Positions 18,843-28,435 of a stretch of DNA of 64,000 nucleotides are shown piece after piece (position 1 is the first letter of the stretch; each line of letters opens with the position of its first letter). The notes beneath the pieces were generated by a model. It was not told the origin of the DNA and searched no databases. It saw only the letters and a list, made by a program, of their open reading frames with translations. Both the position numbers and the translations under genes were made by a program. Source of the DNA: Candidatus Eiseniibacteriota bacterium (GTDB lineage: Bacteria > Eisenbacteria > RBG-16-71-46); assembly GCA_038231135.1 (NCBI GenBank), contig JBBRLX010000013.1, positions 31,127 to 95,126 on the forward strand, written 5' to 3'.

Positions 18843-20472
18843 CTACTTCATCGCTACGAGCCGCCGCGTTCCATGGAGCCTACCGTCCACGAGGAACCGA
18901 AGCACGTAGATTCCGGGGCCCGATTCCAAGCCGCCGGCTCCTTCCCGCCGCCAAATTATCGTGTGCTCACCAGCTGACTGCGCGGCGTCGACCAGCGTCG
19001 CGATTCGTCGCCCATGAATGTCGAACAAGTCGAGCTTGACCATACCTTGCTTGGCTACAGTGTAGGCGATGCGGACCGCGCCGCTCGACGGGTTCGGCCC
19101 AATGGCTCGGATCCCGGAAACGTATCCTTCGCCGTCTCTCACGCCGAGATACGGCGTCAAGTAAACGGACGCCTCCGATGACATCCCCGAGCTACCTGTC
19201 GCGTTCACTGCCGCACGTAGTAGAACACTGAGTCGGTCGACGGCGGGGTTTGGTCGAGAAATGATGTGCCCGTGAGAGGGCCGAAAATGACCGGGGGCGC
19301 GGTGGGATACCGCTGTCGGACCGTGGCGCAATCGGTCAAGTGTACCCAATCGCGATACAGGTAATAGCCGGTGACGGTCCCAGCCGACGCCGTCCATGAT
19401 ATCTGGACGCCGCCCTCGCTCGTGCTCACCGTCGCCGAGGTGTTCGTTGGCGTAGAAGGTGGCGTCGAAGACGTTCCCTGGGTTCGGGCACTCGTCGTGT
19501 ACCCCGTGGTGACCCCCGGTACGTTCAGCTCATAATAGTAGGCGCGATTATAGGTGGCGGGCACTGTCCACTGGTAATGGCGGTTGTCAGACGTGACAGA
19601 AAGGTCGTGGCTGTCGAACGACCCGAGCAACGCATACGGCCCCCAGCACGCATCGGAAGATAGAATTTGGTACGTGTAGCTCCTCGATGGGTCGCTCTCC
19701 TCCCAACGGAGCGTGTCACCCGCCGTCGCGGGTGATGCCGTAAACGCGTAGCTGACCTCAGTCGGCGCATCGTAAAGGTGCTCTATCCCCTGAATGTCCC
19801 AAAATTCCGGTGTGATTTGGAACGTGCCGCACTCAAGCCCGACCCCCCACATGGTCACTGAATCGCAGGCCGCAATGCTCGCGTTGTTATAGGGTGGCCC
19901 GACATCAAAAAGCCCCCACCAGTGCCCCATCTCATGGGTCAGCACGCCGGTGAGGTCCGCGTGCGAGTAGGTGGGATCGCAGTTGCTCGTATAGCAATCG
20001 GTCACCCAGTCAAAGGTGGGGTTGTCGCCACGGACATACGTCCTGCAACGCTTGTGGGTGCCGTCCGGGAAGTATGAAATGAACGTGATTGCAAGTGAGC
20101 CACTCGTTGGGGATCCCCAGTAGCTCGAGTACACGCTGTTGCTTAAGACGTCCACCATCAGCGCCTTAGTCGTTCTGTGCCGGCCGATTCGATGAACACC
20201 GGGAAGGACGTGTCGTCGTACCAAGTGCCATAAGCATCGAAGACGGTCTGGTTGATTGTCGCGTTACCTATGGGGGTCTCGGTGATTGAGCCCAGGACAC
20301 CGTAGAGAAGGTACGACCCCGAACTGAAACGGTGGCAATAAATGCCACCGCCGTAGTTATAGCGCGAAACCACGTAGCAATCACTGGATTCGGGACCGCA
20401 TTGGGCGTGCACGTTGGACGCGAAGGCTTCCCCGACAATCATCCCCATTATGCGCTTAGAGAGCATGATCAC
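18843..20472 (-). pseudogene. Secreted metzincin (matrixin-like) protease with FN3 and FlgD-Ig/Por-type domains, split by two single-base frameshifts
   Basis: Three consecutive ORFs (20158-20472 signal peptide; 19205-20224 HEMGHWWGLFD + Met-turn 'VTMWG' + FN3; 18843-19397 sorting domain) join into one ~540-aa frame by adding one base at ~20173 (GAA^CG) and one at ~19211 (CGG^CAG). Confidence 0.8.
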
Positions 20473-21302
20473 TCCTGCCGGGGGTGGGCCGCCGCGCGTA
20501 GACGGCTGACGGTTTGCGTGAGCGAGGCCCCCAGGGCAGGGACGAGGTCGCGCCGAACTGCTATGGCCCCGCCCAGTACGCCCACAACTTCGTACGCGCC
20601 ACCCTCACCGGCCTTCAGCGCAAAAATGGTCGTCGAATCCGGGTCTACGGGTCCGTAAGTCGTGTACACACGCAACTGGCTGGTGGGCAGTGTGCCGGTG
20701 ACCACGCTGTCGACCAACACTTCCGAACAGTAAATGCGTCGTCCGCCAATCGTACATGGAGAAGAGCTACGATGAGCACGGCCCACCACGATGAGCGCGC
20801 TATTCGAGGCAAGCCCCTCCAAGCTCATCCGCTTGATGCCGTTTGCTACGGCAGACTCAGCCCCCTGAAAGGCAGTGAGGCGCACGACTCCGCCGTCGCC
20901 ATAGAACTCAGGATGAAGGGAGAGCGCCAAGCGTCCATCCGTCAGCGGATTCGCGAACAGGATGCAACGCGTAGGCCCCCCGCGCACCCAACCCTCGACC
21001 ATTCCCCTCCATGAGTTTACGTAGGTTGGGAAGTAGAGGCGAACCGTCTTCTCTCCGCCGTCGCCTTTCAGCCAGCGGTCAGGCCTGAAGCTGACCCATG
21101 CCCAAAGCGTACCTTCCTCATCGAGGCTGTCATGGACAGCCTCTGCCGTGCCGACGCCGATGAGCTTCGACTGACTCACGGCAAAGTCGACCTTTTCCTG
21201 CACGGTGAGGGGATGGGCCGGAGGACGCCAACTGGTGGCGCGCGCGGGTGACGCGGCGCAGAGCACAGAAGCGAAAATGAGGATGGCAGGAAGAGATCTC
21301 AT
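20469..21302 (-). CDS. Secreted hypothetical protein with two tandem OB/TIMP-NTR-like repeats, translationally coupled to the protease
   Basis: Signal peptide MRSLPAILIFASVLCAASPARA; repeats 'LTVQEKVDFAVSQSKLIGVGTA' and 'MSLEGLASNSALIVVGRA'; GTGA overlap with the protease start. Confidence 0.65.
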   Translation of the reverse strand: MRSLPAILIFASVLCAASPARATSWRPPAHPLTVQEKVDFAVSQSKLIGVGTAEAVHDSLDEEGTLWAWVSFRPDRWLKGDGGEKTVRLYFPTYVNSWRGMVEGWVRGGPTRCILFANPLTDGRLALSLHPEFYGDGGVVRLTAFQGAESAVANGIKRMSLEGLASNSALIVVGRAHRSSSPCTIGGRRIYCSEVLVDSVVTGTLPTSQLRVYTTYGPVDPDSTTIFALKAGEGGAYEVVGVLGGAIAVRRDLVPALGASLTQTVSRLRAAAHPRQE

Positions 21303-21554
21303 TCCATGCCTCCACGGCTAACGCGAACATCACGTCCGGTCAAGACTGCCGCCCAGAAAACATACATTACACAACCCCGACGAGACTTTTACTACGCACT
21401 CGCAAATCTTCTCACGATATGTGCCCCAAGCCCAACAGGGTCGGACCACGGGACCGGGGACGTTCGCCAACGAAGACTGGAGAGCGCCGCAACAACAGCA
21501 ATGCGGGTGGTTGGCTGGGGCCGTGGTGCGAAGGGTCATCGGGAAAATCCGAAC

Positions 21555-22322
21555 TTACAACTCCACGCCCTGCTCCCGGGCGAGCTGCTTGATCCGGGCG
21601 GTGAAATAGGCGCCAGCATTGGCCACGCTCCCAGCGCGCCGGGCTTCCTTGGTCTCGGAGAGAGCGCGGTAAACGATCTGATCTGGCACCCGCTGCGCAA
21701 CCTTCCGATAGAAGCCCATCGAGTGGCGATCGCCGAGCTCTTGGAGCATCTGTTCGGCTAGGTCACTGGTCTTGATCAGTCGATCCTTGGATTGCGTAGC
21801 AACGTTAACGTTCTTAAGTACACCCTCGAGTAACGTACTCATGCTGGGGATATTTTCCCTCCCTGAGGAGGAAAAATCCCCCCTTGATGAGGAAGAAATC
21901 CCCTTTACGGGTGGTGGTTCGCTGGCCTGTCGGGGCTGCTCGGGACGTAATGGGGAAAATTTCCCCATTACGCGTTCACGGGTACTCTTGGCGCCCGAAG
22001 TCACCCGTCGCAACAACAATTCCACGGCATCCTCGTCAACCAGCGGAACCTCGAAAAATACCCGGTAGAGGTCCGTGGTTCGGAACGGTCGCCCGGTCTG
22101 AGGATCGATCGCGTGATCGGCTTGGCGCTTGATGAAGCCGTGCGTTTCGAGCACCACGAGGCACTTCCGCAGCGTCTTGCGATCCTTGATGCCGCACTCG
22201 CGAGCGAGTGTTTCCTGCCGCGTGCGCCAGTTGTCCCGGATCTCTCCGCTTCGGGCGTTGTAGTAGCAGTGCTTCCGCAGGTTCACGTACACGGTCGTGG
22301 TGGTGGGCCCAAGCATGGGCAC
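21555..22322 (-). CDS. Phage/plasmid-type HTH replication initiator-like protein, N-terminally truncated
   Basis: wHTH-like 'QETLARECGIKDRKTLRKCLVVLETHGFI'; low-complexity linker with 7-aa repeats; helical C-terminus 'ELGDRHSMGFYRKVA..NAGAYF'; lower GC than backbone; begins abruptly at a junction with an FG-GAP fragment. Confidence 0.6.
   Translation of the reverse strand: MPMLGPTTTTVYVNLRKHCYYNARSGEIRDNWRTRQETLARECGIKDRKTLRKCLVVLETHGFIKRQADHAIDPQTGRPFRTTDLYRVFFEVPLVDEDAVELLLRRVTSGAKSTRERVMGKFSPLRPEQPRQASEPPPVKGISSSSRGDFSSSGRENIPSMSTLLEGVLKNVNVATQSKDRLIKTSDLAEQMLQELGDRHSMGFYRKVAQRVPDQIVYRALSETKEARRAGSVANAGAYFTARIKQLAREQGVEL
21843..21970. repeat. Iteron-like 21-bp degenerate repeats inside the replication-initiator gene
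   Basis: TGAGGAGGAAAAATCCCCCCT (21864-21884) and TGATGAGGAAGAAATCCCCTT (21885-21905), 16/21 identical; related GGGATATTTTCCC (~21847) and GGGGAAAATTTCCCC (~21952). Confidence 0.5.
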
Positions 22323-22651
22323 CGGTCGAGATCGCGCACGACGAGGTCACGAGCTGGTTCCACGGGCCCGAACGGCCTCAGGATCTCGAATCGCAGATCA
22401 CCCAGTCCCCTGAGCCAGCCTGCCGGCGTAACGACGTCGAGCTTGCCGTCGCCGTCGAAATCGGCCGCGATGGGGACCGTCGGAGGCCCGGCCAGGAGTC
22501 CGTATGGGCCGTGGAACGGCAACTCCTCGGCCCACAGCACCGAAGGCGCACCGACGACCGCAACGATCAGCAACCCCGCGGACAGCGCTTCGGCGGATGC
22601 CCGGACGAGCCGAGGCCATCGAACGCGAGTTGCCGGCTCCGAAGCGATCAC
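22283..22651 (-). pseudogene. N-terminal fragment of a secreted FG-GAP/VCBS repeat protein
   Basis: Signal-like segment, then 'ADFDGDGKLDVV' and a second repeat 'DLVVRDLDR' that breaks off at ~22322; start uncertain. Confidence 0.6.
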
Positions 22652-22772
22652 TACTTGATTGTATCCCGCTTCCAGGTTCCAGCGCTCCACGAAAACCCGG
22701 TCGCCACCTTGGCGCCCCCCCTCCCTTCTGGAATGATGCGACCGGAGCCACCCAACCCGTCGGGAGTCCCAC

Positions 22773-25328
22773 GTGACCGCCCTCGCCGCGCTCGAAACCG
22801 TGCTGCTGATCGTCGCCATCATCGTGGCGACGCGCGGCGTCGAGCCGGCGGCGCCCCCGCACGGACGCCGGTTCGTGTGGATCGCAGTCCTGCTGGCGTT
22901 GCAGGCCGCCCTGTTCTACGGCTTCGTGGCGGTCCTCCGCCGCACGCACTGGGGCATCGAGTCGGGTTCGATGCCGGGCGTCGCGGTCGTGTTCCAGGGA
23001 CTGCGCGCGCTGCTCCTGCTCGCCGCGGTGAGGTCGTGGCTGCGGATCGTCGGCGGCGAACTCAATCGCGTGCCGAAGCGCGTGATCGTCGCGGTGGCGG
23101 TGTTCACGTTCGGCTGGGGCAGCGGCGGGCTGCCTGTGATCGCGGCGATCGCGCTGATGTTCGTGCTCGATCGCATGAAGTGGATCGAGGCGATCACCGG
23201 CTGGCGGCGCGGCGCGGGCCTGGCCGGCTGCCTCGTGCTGCTCGCGCTGCTGTCGATCCTGCCATTCGCCTCGGTCCAGCACGGCGCCATTCACGCGCGG
23301 CTCGCCCTGAACGCCCCGCACTGGCCGCCGCCGCTGCTATTCGGCGCGACCGATCCCCGCGCGGCGGCGGAGCTGGCGATCCTCCGGCCGCTCGACCGGT
23401 TCGTGCAGGCGCTCGTCGACCTGTTCCGCGCGCAGTTGGTGATCGCGTCCGCCAAGCTGCTGTTCCTGCCGGTCCGCCTGTCGGGCATGAGTCTCAAGCG
23501 CCGGTTCACGATCAACTACCTGCTGGTGCGGTCGATCCCCGCGTTCCTGTCGGGACTGATCCTGGTGGTGTTCGGGTATCTGGTGTTCGGGCAGGCGAAG
23601 CTGGCGCGCGTGCGCGGCGGGTTGGAACGGACGCTCGCCCGCGCCGGCACCGTAGCTGCGGTGCTCGCCGACGATCCGGCTGTGCGCGACCGCCGGCCAT
23701 TCGATCGGGCACGGATCGAGCGTGCGGCGCGCTGGATGGATGCCGACAGCACGCACGTGAGCATTGTCGTCCGCGATCCCCGGGTCCGGGTGCCGGCGTC
23801 GGAGGACACGCTCACGCCGGGCACGGCCCGGGACGATTCCGTGTGGGCGGCGGCCACGAATCCCGGCGTCCCGGGACCGCTGCTCGTGAGATCATTCGCC
23901 GGCGCGGACAGCGGCGAAGCGAGCGGCCTGGTGGTCGCCGGAGACCGGTTCTACCTTGGAGTTCGCCGCGTGCTGGCGGAGGGGCGCGCGATCGAAGTGT
24001 TCACGCCCGTCGATTCCGCATACCTGGCGCGGATCATGGAGCCCATCGGCGGCGATCTGCGTATTACGGCCCATCCGGACCAGCGATTGGGCGGCGGCCG
24101 CATGGAATTGCTGACACCTCACTGGATTCCCCAGGTCGTCACCGTCAGCGCGCGCGAACCCGATCCGGGCGGGCGTCCCCAGCGGCGCTGGTACCTGGCG
24201 CGCAGCTACGTACCGGAAGGTGACTGGAGCGGCGAGCCGCTGACAAGCGACCGCGGCGCCGTCGAGGTGAAGCTCGAGACCCTACCCCAAAGCCTGCTCC
24301 GCGGCGCCACTCGGTCGTTCGCGAGCGTGTACGCCAACCTGATGACGCTGCTCATCGTGATCGCGATCGTCATGGTGTTCTCGATGATCGAACGCTTCGC
24401 GGTGCGCTCGGGGCGCAGCATCATCGATGCGGTGCTCGACGAGATGACCACGCTGCGCGACGCGACCGAACGGTTCGGCGCCGGCGACCTGTCCTACCGC
24501 CTGCCGGTGCGGGGCCGGGACGAGTTCAGCGTGGTCGCGACGTCGTTCAACCGGATGGCCGAGAACCTCGAGAGCCAGCGGAGCGAGCTGGTCACGAAAC
24601 AGCGGCTCGACCAGGACCTCGAAGTGGCGCGGGTGATCCAGCAACGCTTCCTGCCGCGGACGGCGCCCACCGTCGCGGGGCTGGACGCCGCCGGAATCTC
24701 GGTGCCGAGCCGTGAGGTGGGCGGGGATCTGTTCCAGTGGTTCGCACACGCCGACGGCCCGCTGGGGCTCGCACTGGGGGACGTGTCGGGCAAGAGCATG
24801 TCGGCCGCGCTGCTGATGTCGAACGTGCTCGCGGCGCTGCGCACCCAGGCGTTCGACCGCGTCGACCTGGCCGACACGCTGGGGCGCACGAACCGGCTGC
24901 TGCTCGACATGACGGATCCCGGCACGTTCGTGACGCTGTTTTACGGCGAGGCCGATTGCGCCGCGGGCACGCTGCGCTACGCCTCCGCCGGCCATAACCC
25001 GCCGCTGCTGCTGCGTGCGGGTGGCGGCGCGGACTGGCTGCGCGAGGGCGGCGTGCCGCTCGGCATCCTGCCCGAAGCGAGCTATGCGGTCGCCTCGACG
25101 CGATTCGAGCCCGGGGACATGCTGATCGTCTATTCGGACGGCGTGACCGAGGCGCGGCGCCCCGACGATCAGATGTACGGCGAGGATCGGCTCGCAGCAC
25201 TGGCTGCCACGCTGCACGGCCGCCCGGCGCAATCGGTGCTCGACGGCGTGCTGGCCAGCGTGAATGCGTTCGCCGCGGGCGCGGCGCAGGCCGACGATCT
25301 CACGATCGTGGTGGTGCGCCGGGTGTAA
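22773..25328 (+). CDS. Multi-TM membrane sensor with HAMP and SpoIIE (PP2C) phosphatase domains
   Basis: Several N-terminal TM helices; HAMP 'GDLSYRLPVRGRDEFSVVATSFNRMAENL'; VGGDLF, GDVSGK, SAGHNPP, YSDGVTE, DDLT. Confidence 0.9.
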   Translation: MTALAALETVLLIVAIIVATRGVEPAAPPHGRRFVWIAVLLALQAALFYGFVAVLRRTHWGIESGSMPGVAVVFQGLRALLLLAAVRSWLRIVGGELNRVPKRVIVAVAVFTFGWGSGGLPVIAAIALMFVLDRMKWIEAITGWRRGAGLAGCLVLLALLSILPFASVQHGAIHARLALNAPHWPPPLLFGATDPRAAAELAILRPLDRFVQALVDLFRAQLVIASAKLLFLPVRLSGMSLKRRFTINYLLVRSIPAFLSGLILVVFGYLVFGQAKLARVRGGLERTLARAGTVAAVLADDPAVRDRRPFDRARIERAARWMDADSTHVSIVVRDPRVRVPASEDTLTPGTARDDSVWAAATNPGVPGPLLVRSFAGADSGEASGLVVAGDRFYLGVRRVLAEGRAIEVFTPVDSAYLARIMEPIGGDLRITAHPDQRLGGGRMELLTPHWIPQVVTVSAREPDPGGRPQRRWYLARSYVPEGDWSGEPLTSDRGAVEVKLETLPQSLLRGATRSFASVYANLMTLLIVIAIVMVFSMIERFAVRSGRSIIDAVLDEMTTLRDATERFGAGDLSYRLPVRGRDEFSVVATSFNRMAENLESQRSELVTKQRLDQDLEVARVIQQRFLPRTAPTVAGLDAAGISVPSREVGGDLFQWFAHADGPLGLALGDVSGKSMSAALLMSNVLAALRTQAFDRVDLADTLGRTNRLLLDMTDPGTFVTLFYGEADCAAGTLRYASAGHNPPLLLRAGGGADWLREGGVPLGILPEASYAVASTRFEPGDMLIVYSDGVTEARRPDDQMYGEDRLAALAATLHGRPAQSVLDGVLASVNAFAAGAAQADDLTIVVVRRV

Positions 25329-25504
25329 CGCCGGACACTGCCGCGCCACCCCGCGACGATCCCGTGTCCTAAGGAGGGCTGAGGCTCGAGCCACGCCCCC
25401 GTTCGACTCCGGGGTGGCGCCGGCCACGCGTTGGGACCCACGACGGGTCACGACGCCCGAACCGGTTGCGCGTGCCCGATCCCTCTGCTTCAATCGCCGC
25501 GCTC

Positions 25505-26674
25505 ATGCTCACCATCGCCGTACCGCGCGAAACCCTGCCGGGCGAACTCCGCGTCGCCCAGGTGCCCGATACCACCGCCCGACTGGTGGCTGCGGGCGCG
25601 GATGTCCGCGTTCAGGCCGGCGCCGGCGAACGCGCCGGGCATCGCGACGACGCCTATGCGCAGGCCGGGGCGAAGCTCGTCCCGGATGCGCGCGCCCTGT
25701 ATGCCGGTGCCGGGCTCGTCCTCAAGGTGCGCGAGCCGCGGCAGGACGCGACGCTGGGAACGCACGAGCTCGAGCTGATGGATCCGGGCACGGCGCTCGT
25801 GAGCTTCCTCAACCTCCAGGCGAATCCCGATCTGCTCGAGCGGCTGCTGCAACGCCGCATCACCGCGTTCGCGATGGAGCAGATGCCACGCACCACGCGG
25901 GCCCAGCGCATGGACGCCCTGTCGTCGATGAGCACGGTCGCGGGCTACAAGGCGGTGCTGCTGGCGGCGAACACGCTCGGCCGGTTCTTCCCGCTGCTGA
26001 TGACGGCGGCCGGCACCATCGCCCCCACCCGGGCGTTCGTGCTCGGCGCCGGAGTGGCCGGGCTGCAGGCGATCGCCACGGCGCGGCGGCTGGGCGCGGT
26101 GGTCGAGGCGTTCGACGTGCGTCCGGCGGTGCGCGAGGAGGTGCAGAGCCTGGGTGCGACGTTCGTGGCCACCGAGCTGGCGAGCGAGAGTAACGTCGCG
26201 GCGGGCGGCTACGCGAAGCAGTTGTCGCACGACGACGAGGCGCGCGAGCGCGAGCTGCTCCACAAGCACGTGGCGGCGTCCGACGTGGTCATCGCCACCG
26301 CGAACATTCCCGGCCGCCGTGCGCCCGTGCTCGTGACGGCCGCGATGGTCGAGGACATGCGGCAGGGCTCGGTGATCGTCGACCTGGCCGCGGAGACCGG
26401 CGGCAATTGCGAGCTGACGAAGCCGGGCGAGACCGTGGTCGTGAACGGCGTCACGATCCTCGGACCCGTGAACCTGGCCGCGGCGCTGCCGGTGCACGCG
26501 AGCCAGATGTATGCGCGCAACCTGCTCGCGTTCACGCAGCTCGTGCTCAAGGACGGCGCGCTGAACTTCGATTTCTCGGACGACATCGTCGCCGGCACGT
26601 GCGTCGCCCGCGACGGCGCGAGGCCCGCCGGCGCGGCGCCGCCCGCGCCCACTCCCGTGCCGGCGGCCTCATGA
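25505..26674 (+). CDS. pntA: NAD(P) transhydrogenase subunit alpha, part 1 (dI)
   Basis: RAQRMDALSSMSTVAGYKAV, MTAAGT, GAGVAGLQAIATARRLGA, DLAAETGGNCE. Confidence 0.95.
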   Translation: MLTIAVPRETLPGELRVAQVPDTTARLVAAGADVRVQAGAGERAGHRDDAYAQAGAKLVPDARALYAGAGLVLKVREPRQDATLGTHELELMDPGTALVSFLNLQANPDLLERLLQRRITAFAMEQMPRTTRAQRMDALSSMSTVAGYKAVLLAANTLGRFFPLLMTAAGTIAPTRAFVLGAGVAGLQAIATARRLGAVVEAFDVRPAVREEVQSLGATFVATELASESNVAAGGYAKQLSHDDEARERELLHKHVAASDVVIATANIPGRRAPVLVTAAMVEDMRQGSVIVDLAAETGGNCELTKPGETVVVNGVTILGPVNLAAALPVHASQMYARNLLAFTQLVLKDGALNFDFSDDIVAGTCVARDGARPAGAAPPAPTPVPAAS

Positions 26675-26970
26675 GCTACGAACTGCTCACGCTGGTCTAC
26701 GTGTTCGTGCTCGCGATCTTCGTGGGCTTCGAAGTCATCTCCAAGGTGCCGGTGGTGCTCCACACGCCGCTCATGTCCGGCACCAACGCGATCCACGGCA
26801 TCGTGGTGATCGGCGGCATCATCGTGCTCGGCACCGGCACCGGCCCGCTCGAGTGGCTGCTGGGATTCATCGCGGTGGTGTTCGGCGCGGCGAACCTCGC
26901 GGGCGGGTTCGTCGTCACCGACCGCATGCTCGAGATGTTCAAGGGCCGGCCCAAGCCGGGCGGCAAGTAG
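26671..26970 (+). CDS. pntA: NAD(P) transhydrogenase subunit alpha, part 2 (membrane)
   Basis: VFVLAIFVGFEVISKVPVVLHTPLMSGTNAIHG..GGFVVTDRMLEMFK; ATGA overlap. Confidence 0.95.
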   Translation: MSYELLTLVYVFVLAIFVGFEVISKVPVVLHTPLMSGTNAIHGIVVIGGIIVLGTGTGPLEWLLGFIAVVFGAANLAGGFVVTDRMLEMFKGRPKPGGK

Positions 26971-26973
26971 GCG

Positions 26974-28413
26974 ATGCGCTCCGACATCCCGGTCGCGATC
27001 CACTTCGCCTACCTCGTCGCGTCGATCCTGTTCATCGTCGGCCTCAAGTTCCTCAGCTCGCCCGCCCGCGCCCGGCGCGGCAACCAGCTCGCGGCGGCGG
27101 GCATGCTGATCGCGATCGGCGCCACGATGCTGATTCCCGGCGTCCGGCTGTCGCCGGTGCTGTTCCTGGGGCTGGCACTCGGCGGCGGCGCGGGGGTGTG
27201 GGCGGCGCGCCGGGTGGCGATCACCGACATGCCGCAGATGGTCGCGATCCTCAACGGACTGGGCGGCGGCGCCGCCGCGGCGGTGTCGGTGGCGGAGATC
27301 TGGCGCGCCGCGCACCCCGATCTCGCGGAAGCGCTGATATCGGCGCTGGGCGTGAGCGCGCGCCAGGGTGCGCGCCACGGCGCGTCGATGATCGAGCTGC
27401 TGGGCGTGCTGATCGGGTCGGTGTCGTTCAGCGGCAGCGTGATCGCGTGGGGCAAGCTCCAGGGCGTCATGCCGGAGAAGGCGATCGCCGGCGGCTGGGT
27501 GCGGCTCGTGAACATCGGGATCGTGCTCGCGATCGCGATCGCCGGCTACGTCGCGATGACCGGCGGCGGCACCGCGGCCGTGGTGATGTTCACGCTCGGC
27601 TCGCTCGCGTTCGGCGTGTTCATGGTGGTGCCGATCGGCGGCGCCGACATGCCGGTGGTGATCTCGCTGCTCAACTCGTGCACCGGGCTCGCCGCGGCGT
27701 CCACCGGCTTCACGCTCGACAACCGCGCGCTGATCATCGCGGGCACGCTGGTCGGCGCCTCGGGCACGCTGCTCACCCGGATGATGTGCAAGGCGATGAA
27801 CCGTTCGCTGGCCAACGTGCTGTTCAGCGGATTCGGCGCCGGCGCCCCGGCGGCCGCGGGCGGCGCGAAGGTGGCGGCGCGACCGGTGCGCGAGATCGGT
27901 CCCGAGGACGCGGCGGTGCTGCTGTCCAATATCCGCTCGCTGATCATCATCCCCGGCTACGGCATGGCCGTCGCCCAGGCGCAGCACGCCGTGCGCGAGA
28001 TGGCAGACTTGCTGGCCAAGCGGGGCGTGGACGTGAAGTACGCGATCCATCCCGTCGCGGGGCGCATGCCCGGGCACATGAACGTGCTGCTCGCGGAGGC
28101 GAATGTGCCCTACACGCAGCTCTACGACCTCGACCAGATCAACCCGGAGTTCGAACGCGCCGACGTGGCGCTGGTGATCGGCGCGAACGACGTCGTGAAC
28201 CCGGCGGCGCGCACCGATTCCGCGAGCCCGATCTACGGCATGCCGATCCTCGACGCCGACAAGGCGCAGCACTGTATCATCATCAAGCGCAGCATGAGCC
28301 CGGGGTTCGCGGGCATCGACAATCCGATCTACTACGAGCCGCGCACGATGATGATGTTCGGCGACGCCAGGGGCGCCGTCACGAAGCTGAACGAAGCGCT
28401 GAAGGCCATGTAG
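26974..28413 (+). CDS. pntB: NAD(P) transhydrogenase subunit beta
   Basis: MPQMVAILNGLGG, IGGADMPVVISLLNS, PGYGMAVAQAQH, HPVAGRMPGHMNVLLAEA, GANDVVNPAA. Confidence 0.97.
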   Translation: MRSDIPVAIHFAYLVASILFIVGLKFLSSPARARRGNQLAAAGMLIAIGATMLIPGVRLSPVLFLGLALGGGAGVWAARRVAITDMPQMVAILNGLGGGAAAAVSVAEIWRAAHPDLAEALISALGVSARQGARHGASMIELLGVLIGSVSFSGSVIAWGKLQGVMPEKAIAGGWVRLVNIGIVLAIAIAGYVAMTGGGTAAVVMFTLGSLAFGVFMVVPIGGADMPVVISLLNSCTGLAAASTGFTLDNRALIIAGTLVGASGTLLTRMMCKAMNRSLANVLFSGFGAGAPAAAGGAKVAARPVREIGPEDAAVLLSNIRSLIIIPGYGMAVAQAQHAVREMADLLAKRGVDVKYAIHPVAGRMPGHMNVLLAEANVPYTQLYDLDQINPEFERADVALVIGANDVVNPAARTDSASPIYGMPILDADKAQHCIIIKRSMSPGFAGIDNPIYYEPRTMMMFGDARGAVTKLNEALKAM

Positions 28414-28435
28414 CCACACCCAGCACGGAGCACGC

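Noticed and set aside
19205..20224. Programmed ribosomal frameshifting in the protease
   Set aside because: No slippery sequence or stimulatory structure seen at either site; two independent shifts would be needed
25385..25430. tRNA/tmRNA-like fragment containing GTTCGACTCC
   Set aside because: The flanks do not form a T-stem or acceptor stem in tRNA geometry; it reads as a simple GC hairpin (GCCAC..CCCG/CGGGGTGGC) after the phosphatase gene
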